Shown here: positions 57,401 through 64,000 of the stretch, one piece after another
How the letters are laid out: every line of letters begins with the position of its first letter
Numbering within the stretch: the stretch's first letter is position 1
NCBI GenBank assembly: GCA_965248835.1
Contig: CBDFLJ010000002.1
Coordinates: forward strand, 1,248,001 to 1,312,000
Length of the DNA stretch: 64,000 nucleotides
From: Alphaproteobacteria bacterium
GTDB taxonomy: Bacteria; Pseudomonadota; Alphaproteobacteria; MPNO01
Reading direction: 5' to 3'
Made by a program: the position numbers and the translations under genes
The notes under the pieces: model-generated
The model's database searches: none
Seen by the model: the letters and a program-made list of their open reading frames with translations, nothing else
What the model was told of the DNA's origin: nothing

Positions 57401-57853
57401 CAACCGTCCCAGCGCGCCCGAAGCACCGCCGGTCAGCGCGATCAACCCTTCCGCACGGGCCTCCACATCGGCGAAGCCGACATGGGGCTCGCCGCCGCCT
57501 GAGTCCAGATAGGCCTTGGTGACCAGTGTGACCAAGTTACGGTAGCCGTCCCGATTCTGAACCAGCAGCACCAGGTTGTCGTGGCCCACCGGCCGGCCGT
57601 TGCGGATGGTGCTGCCGGCATCGGCTTCCATCCGGGCAATCGAGAGCTGGCAGCCGATGATCGGCTGCACGCCGGCCTCCGCAGCAGCGAGCGCGAACTC
57701 GAGCGCACCGAACATGTTGTTGGTATCGGTGACCGCGATCGCCGGTATGCCCTGGGCGACGCAAAGCGCCACCAGGTCCTTAACCTTCAGCGCTCCCTCG
57801 GACAGCGAGTAGGCGGTGTGGGTGCGCAGGTGAACGAAGTCGGCATGGGCCAT
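54407..57853 (-). CDS. dnaE: DNA polymerase III alpha subunit
   Basis: FVHLRTHTAYSL, GPGRGSGAGS, RVSMPDFDIDF, KFDFLGL, YGFNKSH; start trimmed to MAHADF. Confidence 0.98.
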   Translation of the reverse strand: MAHADFVHLRTHTAYSLSEGALKVKDLVALCVAQGIPAIAVTDTNNMFGALEFALAAAEAGVQPIIGCQLSIARMEADAGSTIRNGRPVGHDNLVLLVQNRDGYRNLVTLVTKAYLDSGGGEPHVGFADVEARAEGLIALTGGASGALGRLLADGQVQKASGVLQQLRGAFPGRLYIELTRHGEEIERRIEDDLIDLAMTHDLPLVATNDIYFADASMYEAHDVLLCIAQGTHVADTERRRLTPDHRFRDAAEMRAVFADLPEAVDNTVVIAQRCAFMPRPHDPILPGFEDAEGRSEADALRAAARSGLEARLAKLHVDPEPYFERLEFELDVIISMGFPGYFLIVADFIQWAKQQHIPVGPGRGSGAGSVVAWALTITDLDPLRFGLLFERFLNPDRVSMPDFDIDFCQDRRDEVIAYVQDKYGADRVAQIITFGTLQARAALRDVGRVLGMPYGQVDRICKLVPFNPAKPPTLAQALEQEPQLRQIRNGDETVARLIDIAMKLEGLYRHTSTHAAGVVIADRPLTELIPLYRDPRSELPATQFSMKYTELAGLVKFDFLGLKTLTVLDRALKFIARRESPPDLLSLPLDDPATYAMLGRGDATGVFQMESAGMRDVLRQMKPDCFEDLIALVALYRPGPMDNIPRYNACKHGREEPDYLHPDLEEILRETFGVIIYQEQVMQIAQRLSGFSLAAADLLRRAMGKKIKAEMKAQRGAFVEGATARGVDAAKAEQIFELVDKFAGYGFNKSHAAAYALVAYQTAWLKANYPVEFLAALMSLDVGNTDKLSAFRHELDRLGVPLLPPDVNRSEVSFAVEPASNGAAKPAIRYSLAAIRNVGEQAMADLLDERERNGTFTDEFDFARRLGGRMANRRQMENLVRAGALDCLNPNRRQLFESIDLLAKLGQTAAEERQTSQANLFGEAARELAPLGAGRPDIADWSPMERLDQEFEAVGFYLSAHPLDAYGARLSRLRVVPSNAVAEVAQGDTKRLAGVVLGRQERTSSKGNRFAYIRLADTAGAYEVLAFSELLAGARALLEPNARVLVTAEVRSDGEGVRLMAQKIEALDEVVKRIETGIQVRIDDPDCLESVRGQIAAWQPGCGRVSLVIGIEAAREVELVLPGGYAVPAEASDRLGSLSGVSSVIEA

Positions 57854-57947
57854 GGCGGCATTGAAGATACCGGCCATGCGGGCGAATCAACAGATCCGCC
57901 CGTCGTCCCGGGAAATCAAGATGTGGACAGTTTCGGGCCGGCGGGCG

Positions 57948-59048
57948 TTAGCCCGGCTTGTGCCTGAACGTGTTGACCGCCGAGCCGAAACCGCTGAGCC
58001 CGAGCCGTGCGCGCAGATCCTCGGTCGCCTTCAGGACCATGTCGTCGACGGGGATGCCGAGGCCGTTGGCGATCCGGTCGTTCTTGGTGAAATTGCCCGC
58101 AATCGCCGCGGCTCCGGCAACGGCTGCCGGTCCCAGCGCCTCGCTCAACGCGGTGCGCGCGCGCTCCAGCGCAGCGAGGTCCGCGCCGACCACGGCATCG
58201 GCGTAGGCCAGCAGCACGGCGCCTGCCGGCACGCCGCTGTCCACTTCCGAGCGCATCAGAGCCTCGAGATCGATGTCCAGATCGGCGACTCGTCCACTCT
58301 CACGGAGGAACCTGGCATGGCCGGTGGTTCAGTAGAAGCAACCGTTCAAGGCCGAGATCCGGCCGGCTACGACCTCCGCCTGGACCCGAGCCAGCCCTTC
58401 GTGGTGCCGGTAGTCGTATTCCAGGATACGATGAAGCGGCAGGTATTGGGCCTGTTCCAGCGCCAGATGCAGGCGCAACTCCTCGGGCACCAGACTCATG
58501 GCACGGACGATGTAGGGCATCGGACGACCGCCATAGAGCGCCTCGCCGAGCGCTCTGCCGTCGGGGCCGTTGGGAACCGTCGGCACCCAGGCCAACTCCT
58601 GAACCGCTTCCGCCGGGCGTTCGCGGCTTGGCCGACCGGGCTCGGCTGCCGGCAGCGGCCGCAGCGGCACGCCGATCCCGCGCGCGAAGACATCGATGTT
58701 GGTAATGCGCGAGACCAGACCGATGATCTCGACATACTCGGCGTCACCGAGCCCGTCCTTCAGCGCATCCCGGCAGAACGCCTCGTCGACATCGCCGAGC
58801 GAGAACGCAACCGCTCGGACGACCCGGCGCACCACCTCGGGAAGCTCGGTCTCGACCGCGGCCCCGCCATCGGCGGGCTCTTCGAGGACCCCGGCGTCGT
58901 ACCCCGCCTGCCGGGCTTCGGCTGCGACCGCCAATCGCTGGGCGCCCGTCCCCCACGTCCCCGGCGCGCCCCAACCCGATAGCTGAGTCGCATGGGTCGC
59001 GGCCAGATCGTCCCGCACCGGATAGGCGGAATCCGAATAGAGGCTCAT
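57948..59048 (-). CDS. AhpD/carboxymuconolactone decarboxylase-like alkylhydroperoxidase, predicted selenoprotein (366 aa, Sec at codon 240)
   Basis: ORFs 58329-59123 and 57948-58256 share a frame, separated only by TGA at 58331-58329; read-through gives EVVAGRISALNGCFY-U-TTGH, the AhpD CxxC-xxx-H motif; AAGGAG RBS before the ATG at 59048. Confidence 0.82.
58283..58328 (-). promoter_or_regulatory. Candidate bacterial SECIS hairpin
   Basis: UUCCUC-CGUGA-GAG(U)GGA stem-loop; loop begins 24 nt after UGA with G at loop position 2; possible lower CGGC/GCCG pairing; folded by eye. Confidence 0.55.
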
Positions 59049-59157
59049 CCACTCTCCTTGCGGGCTGCGTTCGGGTCCGAATTTACCGGGTGAAACAGTC
59101 TGAGAAGCCCCCAGGTCTGTCAATCCCGTGAACTCGCCGGCCGATCACAGTTCCGCG

Positions 59158-59844
59158 CTATGACCGTCGGATCAACCCGTCCTCGAGTACCAGGCGACGG
59201 TCCATGCGCTCGGCGAGCTCCGGGTTGTGGGTGGCGATCAGGGCGGCGGCACCGCGGCCACGGACAATCTCGACCAGGAGCTCGAAGACCGCGCCGGCGG
59301 TCCGACGGTCGAGGTTGCCGGTCGGCTCGTCAGCGATCAGCACGCTCGGCTCGTTGGCCAGCGCGCGGGCGATCGCCACGCGTTGTTGCTCGCCGCCAGA
59401 CAGCCGCGCCGGACGGTGGCTTGCCCGATCGGCGAGCCCAACCTGGGCGAGCAGCGCCTCGGCCATACCGCGCGCAGTGCGCCGCGCCGCCCCGTCGATC
59501 ATCCGCGGCAGGGCGACGTTTTCCAGCGCGGAGAACTCGGGCAGCAGGTGGTGGAACTGGTAGACGAAGCCGAGTTCGGATCGGCGCAGCGCGGTGCGGC
59601 GGTCATCGCTCATCTCCGCGCAGTCCTCGCCGGCCAGACGGATCGAGCCGGCGCTCGGCCGATCGAGAAGCCCAGCGATGTGGAGCAGCGTCGACTTGCC
59701 GGCGCCCGAGGGTCCGACCAGGGCGACGATCTGGCCGGGATGGATCGCCAGCGATACGCCGCGCAGCACCTCCAGCCCGCCGCCCGCCTGGGCGTATATC
59801 TTGCGGATATCTTCCATTGCGAGCGCCGGGACGGGCTCAGCCAT
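59158..59844 (-). CDS. lolD: Lipoprotein-releasing ABC transporter ATP-binding protein
   Basis: [39 protein letters not shown]. Confidence 0.95.
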   Translation of the reverse strand: MAEPVPALAMEDIRKIYAQAGGGLEVLRGVSLAIHPGQIVALVGPSGAGKSTLLHIAGLLDRPSAGSIRLAGEDCAEMSDDRRTALRRSELGFVYQFHHLLPEFSALENVALPRMIDGAARRTARGMAEALLAQVGLADRASHRPARLSGGEQQRVAIARALANEPSVLIADEPTGNLDRRTAGAVFELLVEIVRGRGAAALIATHNPELAERMDRRLVLEDGLIRRS

Positions 59845-61081
59845 AGCGCAGTGCCTCGACAGGATCGAGCCGCGCCGCCCGCCATGCCGGATAGATCGTC
59901 GCCAGGAGCGACAGCGCGATCGATATCGCAATCACCGTCACGACGTCGCCGGCTTCCACTTTGGAGGGCAGGCGGGACAGGAAATAGATCTCGGCCGCGA
60001 ACAGCTCCGCCCCCGACAGGCTTTCGAGCCAGCGACGCAGGGTCTCGATATTGCTGGCGAACGCGAGGCCCAGGACGAAGCCGATGAGCGTGCCCAGCAC
60101 GCCCACCGAGGCCCCGGCCAGGAGGAAGACCCGCATCACCGCGCCGCGGGTGGCTCCCATGGTGCGCAGGATCGCGATGTCGCCGCCCTTGTCCTTCACC
60201 AGCATGATCAAGCTGGAGACGATGTTGAAGGCGGCAACCAGGATGATCAGCGTGAGGATCAAGAACATCACGTTGCGCTCGACCTTGATCGCGTTGAAGA
60301 AGGTCGCATTGGCCTGTTGCCAGTCGATGATCCGCACCGGCCCATCGGCGCTGGCGCGCAGCACCGGCGCAATCCGGTCGACCCGGTCGGGATCGTCAAT
60401 GAAGATCTCGAGCTGGCTGACAGCCTGCCCGGTGCGGAAATAGACCTGGGCCGCCTCCAGCGGCATGAAGATGAAGCCGTTGTCGTATTCGAACATGCCG
60501 ACTTCGAAGATCGCCGCCACCGTATATGTCTTGATCCGGGGCAGGGTTCCGAACGCGGTGGCCTTGGCCTGGGGCGCGATTAGGCGCAGCTTTGAGCCGG
60601 TGGTGAGCCCCATGCGCTGCGCGAGCCGCGTGCCGATCATCACCGCACTGCCGCCGCGAAAGGCCTCCAAACTGCCGGCTCGGATGTTCTCGGCCAGGAT
60701 GGAGCGCTTGGCGATATCGGCCGGCCGCATGCCGCGGACCAGCGCACCGCGAGCGACTTTGTTAGCGCTCGCCATTACCTGGCCTTCGACGATCGGAGTG
60801 ACGCTCTTCACGCCGGGCAGGACGCGCAGCCGCTCGGCAAGCGTGTCGAAGTCCTTCAGCGCACCGGTCTGGGCGCGGACGCCGATATGGCCGTTGAGCC
60901 CGAGGATCCGCGACAGCAGCTCGGCGCGGAATCCGTTCATCACCGACATCACGACGATCAGCGTCGCCACCCCGAGCGCGATTCCGGCGAGCGAGAAGCC
61001 GGCGATGACCGAGATGAATCCCTCTTCCCGCCGGGCGCGTAGGTAGCGGAAGGCGATCATCCGCTCGACGGGCGAGAACAT
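59837..61081 (-). CDS. Lipoprotein-releasing ABC transporter permease (LolC/E)
   Basis: [48 protein letters not shown]. Confidence 0.95.
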   Translation of the reverse strand: MFSPVERMIAFRYLRARREEGFISVIAGFSLAGIALGVATLIVVMSVMNGFRAELLSRILGLNGHIGVRAQTGALKDFDTLAERLRVLPGVKSVTPIVEGQVMASANKVARGALVRGMRPADIAKRSILAENIRAGSLEAFRGGSAVMIGTRLAQRMGLTTGSKLRLIAPQAKATAFGTLPRIKTYTVAAIFEVGMFEYDNGFIFMPLEAAQVYFRTGQAVSQLEIFIDDPDRVDRIAPVLRASADGPVRIIDWQQANATFFNAIKVERNVMFLILTLIILVAAFNIVSSLIMLVKDKGGDIAILRTMGATRGAVMRVFLLAGASVGVLGTLIGFVLGLAFASNIETLRRWLESLSGAELFAAEIYFLSRLPSKVEAGDVVTVIAISIALSLLATIYPAWRAARLDPVEALRYG

Positions 61082-61093
61082 ACGGCGGAACGG

Positions 61094-62407
61094 CTAAGTG
61101 GTGAGCCGGGCGAGTGCGGCTTCCGCGGACAGCTCCTCGCGCTCGCCGCTGCCGCGGCGCTTGACCTCGACGAGCCCCTTCCCGAGCCCGCGCGGCCCGA
61201 CCACGACCTGCCACGGCAGCCCGATAAGGTCCATGTCCGCGAACTTCGTTCCCGCCCGCTCCTCGCGGTCGTCAAGGAGAGTCTCCACGCCGGCCCGGCC
61301 GAATTTGGCGTAGAGATCCGCGCACGCCGCATCGCACTGCGCATCACCGGCCTTCAGGTTGATCAGCCCGATGTGGAAGGGTGCAACGGGCTCCGGCCAG
61401 ATGATGCCTTCTTCGTCGTGATAGGCCTCGATGATCGCGCCCACCAGGCGGGAGACCCCGATGCCGTATGAACCCATCTCGAAGAAGATCTCCTCGTCGT
61501 CGGGCCCGCGGACCGACGCGTTCATCGCCTTGGAGTACTTGGTGCCGAAATAGAAGATGTGCCCGACCTCGATGCCGCGCGCCCGGATGAGATCCTCGCC
61601 GAGTGCCGCGGCGGTATCCGGGTCGTGCATCTCATCGGTTGCGGCATAGAGACTGGTCCAGCGCCGCACCTCCGGCTCCAGGTCGGATTCGTAGTCGACA
61701 TCGTCGGCAAGCACATCGCGCTCAACCAGCGCGCGGTGGCAGTAGACTTCGCTCTCGCCGGTGCCGGCGAGAATGATGAACTCGTGGCTCATGTCGCCAC
61801 CGATCGGGCCGGTGTCGGCCTTCATCGGGATCGCCCGCAGCCCCATCTGGGCGAAGGTCCGCAAGTAGGCGACGAACATCTTGTTGTAAGCGCGCTTGGC
61901 CGACTCGTAATCGACGTCGAAGGAGTAGGCGTCCTTCATCAGGAACTCGCGGCCGCGCATCACCCCGAAACGCGGGCGGACTTCATCGCGGAATTTCCAT
62001 TGAATATGATACAAGTTTTTAGGGAGTTCTCGGTAGCTTTTAATGTAATTCCTGAAGATTTCGGTGATCTGCTCCTCGTTGGTCGGGCCGTAGAGCATTT
62101 CGCGGTCGTGGCGGTCGGTGATGCGCAGCATCTCCTTGCCGTAGCCGTCGTAGCGGCCGCTTTCGCGCCACAGATCGGCCGACTGGATGGTCGGCATCAG
62201 CATTTCCTGGGCGCCGGACCGGTCCTGCTCGGCGCGCACGATCGCCTCGATCTTGCGCAGCACCCGCAGGCCCATCGGCAGCCATGAATAGATCCCGGCG
62301 CTCGCCTGGCGAATCATCCCGGCGCGCAGCATCAGACGGTGCGAGACGATCTGGGCCTCGGCCGGCTCTTCCTTGGAGGTCGGCAGGAAAAAGCTGGAAA
62401 GTCGCAT
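61094..62407 (-). CDS. proS: Proline--tRNA ligase
   Basis: [41 protein letters not shown]; start trimmed to MRLSS. Confidence 0.97.
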   Translation of the reverse strand: MRLSSFFLPTSKEEPAEAQIVSHRLMLRAGMIRQASAGIYSWLPMGLRVLRKIEAIVRAEQDRSGAQEMLMPTIQSADLWRESGRYDGYGKEMLRITDRHDREMLYGPTNEEQITEIFRNYIKSYRELPKNLYHIQWKFRDEVRPRFGVMRGREFLMKDAYSFDVDYESAKRAYNKMFVAYLRTFAQMGLRAIPMKADTGPIGGDMSHEFIILAGTGESEVYCHRALVERDVLADDVDYESDLEPEVRRWTSLYAATDEMHDPDTAAALGEDLIRARGIEVGHIFYFGTKYSKAMNASVRGPDDEEIFFEMGSYGIGVSRLVGAIIEAYHDEEGIIWPEPVAPFHIGLINLKAGDAQCDAACADLYAKFGRAGVETLLDDREERAGTKFADMDLIGLPWQVVVGPRGLGKGLVEVKRRGSGEREELSAEAALARLTT

Positions 62408-62525
62408 GCGCCCCTCGCGCGTGGCCCCCGCCCCGCCGATGCGGGCGGGGCGGGCGCGGACCATAGCGCATTTGCCCGGCAGGGGGAATCTGCGCCGGCC
62501 GGGCGCGGCGGGCGGGCGGTTCCAG

Positions 62526-63599
62526 CTACTTGGGAAGCTTGCCCTGGACGCCCTTGACGTACCAGTCCATCGACAGCAGCGCCTTGTCATCGACCTTCTG
62601 GCCCTTGGCGATGACCAACTTGCCCTCCTGGTTGTAGATCGGGCCCTGGAAGGGATGCCGCTTGCCAGACCGGATGTCGGCCTCGGCCTGTTTGGCGATC
62701 GCGACCACGTCCGCCGGGATCCCGGGGTTGTAGGGCGCCATCTCCAGCATGCCGGCGGTAAGCCCGCCCCAGATGTCGTTGGATTGCCAGCTCCCGTCGA
62801 GCACCGCCCTTGTGCGGTCGATATAATACTGGTCCCACACGTCGACGATCGCAGTCAGATGGGCCTTGGCGCCGAACTTTGTCATGTCGGACGCTTGGCC
62901 GACCGCCCATACGCCGCGTTGCTGGGCGATCTGCAGCGGTGCCGGAGAATCGGTGTGCTGCAGGATGACGTCCGCGCCCTGGTCGATCAACGCCTTGGCG
63001 GCGTCGCTTTCCTTGCCGGGATCGTACCAGGTATTGACCCAGACCACCTTGACGGTCGCTTGCGGGTTGACCTCGTGCAGCGCCAGGGTGAACGCGTTGA
63101 TGCCGCGCACCACCTCGGGGATCGGGAACGAGCCGACATAGCCGATGACGTTGGACTTGGTCATCTTGCCGGCGATCAGCCCGGCGACGGTGCGGCCTTC
63201 GTAGAACCGTGCGGCGTAGGTCGAAACGTTCTTGCCACGCTTGTAGCCGGTCGCGTGCTCGAACTTCACCTTGGGAAAGCGCTTGGCAACCTTCACCGTC
63301 GGGTTCATGTAGCCGAACGAAGTGGTGAAGATCAGCCCGTGGCCGGTCGAGGCGAGCTGACGGATCACGCGCTCTGCATCTGCGCCTTCGCTGACGCTTT
63401 CGACATAGCTGGTCTCGACCCGGTCGCCGAAGGCCTTCTCGACCGCCAGGCGCCCGACGTCGTGGCGATAGGTCCAGCCGTGGTCGCCGATCGGCCCGAC
63501 ATAGACGAAACCGACCTTGAGCTTGTCGGCCGCCTGCGCGCTGAACCCGAGTGCCGCCGCTGCTATCAGGCAAGCGGTGATAATCGTTGCACGTCTCAT
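62526..63599 (-). CDS. BMP family ABC transporter substrate-binding protein (purine/nucleoside type)
   Basis: Signal peptide, [37 protein letters not shown]. Confidence 0.92.
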   Translation of the reverse strand: MRRATIITACLIAAAALGFSAQAADKLKVGFVYVGPIGDHGWTYRHDVGRLAVEKAFGDRVETSYVESVSEGADAERVIRQLASTGHGLIFTTSFGYMNPTVKVAKRFPKVKFEHATGYKRGKNVSTYAARFYEGRTVAGLIAGKMTKSNVIGYVGSFPIPEVVRGINAFTLALHEVNPQATVKVVWVNTWYDPGKESDAAKALIDQGADVILQHTDSPAPLQIAQQRGVWAVGQASDMTKFGAKAHLTAIVDVWDQYYIDRTRAVLDGSWQSNDIWGGLTAGMLEMAPYNPGIPADVVAIAKQAEADIRSGKRHPFQGPIYNQEGKLVIAKGQKVDDKALLSMDWYVKGVQGKLPK

Positions 63600-63674
63600 G
63601 GATTGCCCCTCCTGTCTTCGCTGCAATTGTCCTGCCGGATCAAAACATAGCCCGTTCCGGCAGCCGGGTCACGA

Positions 63675-64000
63675 TCATGTCTCGGGCCGGAAGGTCTTAC
63701 CGATGTCTGCCGGCGCGTTGAGCCGGATCAGGGTCTGGTCGCGTGATATCAGCACCAGCACCAGGATGGTCGCCAGATACGGCAGCATCGACAGCAGTTG
63801 CGAGGCGATGTCGAGGCCGATCCCCTGGACGTGGAGCTGCAGGATGGTCACCCCGCCGAACAGGTAGGCGCCGAGCAGCACCCGACCCGGCCGCCATGTC
63901 GCGAACACCACCAGCGCGAGCGCGATCCAGCCGCGGCCGGCGGTCATGTTCTCGATCCACATCGGGGTATAGGCGAGCGAGAGATAGGCGCCGCCGACGC
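63675..64000 (-). CDS. ABC transporter permease (BMP-associated), C-terminal part
   Basis: GGAYLSL, AGRGWIALALVVF, MLPYLATI; truncated by window edge. Confidence 0.88.
   Translation of the reverse strand, partial: VGGAYLSLAYTPMWIENMTAGRGWIALALVVFATWRPGRVLLGAYLFGGVTILQLHVQGIGLDIASQLLSMLPYLATILVLVLISRDQTLIRLNAPADIGKTFRPET

Overview
High-GC alphaproteobacterial (Rhodospirillales-like by gene order and protein style) chromosomal segment made almost entirely of core housekeeping genes: metG-tatD-MBL hydrolase, mazG, groES/EL with CIRCE, ntrYX-trkA-hfq-hflX, ispDF-pgpA-cinA, the pdh/lipA operon, tpiA-secG-pyrG-kdsA-eno, ppiD-trpDC-moaC-moeA-lexA, comEC, gltX-gltA, the rpsB-tsf-pyrH-frr-uppS-cdsA-dxr-rseP-bamA-skp-fabZ superoperon, dnaE, lolD/lolCE, proS and part of a BMP-type ABC transporter. 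No tRNA, rRNA, CRISPR array or mobile element was seen. Four things are hidden from the ORF track. (1) The lipid A genes that normally flank fabZ survive only as decayed relics: lpxD has a large deletion, a nonsense codon and a frameshift, and lpxA and lpxB are fragments joined across a deletion that also removed lpxI. This points to recent loss of lipid A/LPS. (2) Two short ORFs between lolD and dnaE form one reading frame interrupted by a TGA at the second Cys position of the AhpD motif (CFY-U-TTGH), followed by a SECIS-like hairpin, i.e. a likely AhpD/CMD-family selenoprotein. (3) A probable chromosomal dif site lies at 1856-1883, with KOPS motifs polarised towards it. (4) dusB-ntrB-ntrC is missing from its usual locus, leaving a possible 11-codon NtrC tail. 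Single-base frameshifts in eno and comEC may be assembly errors. All calls come from reading the sequence and recalled family motifs; no database searches were run.
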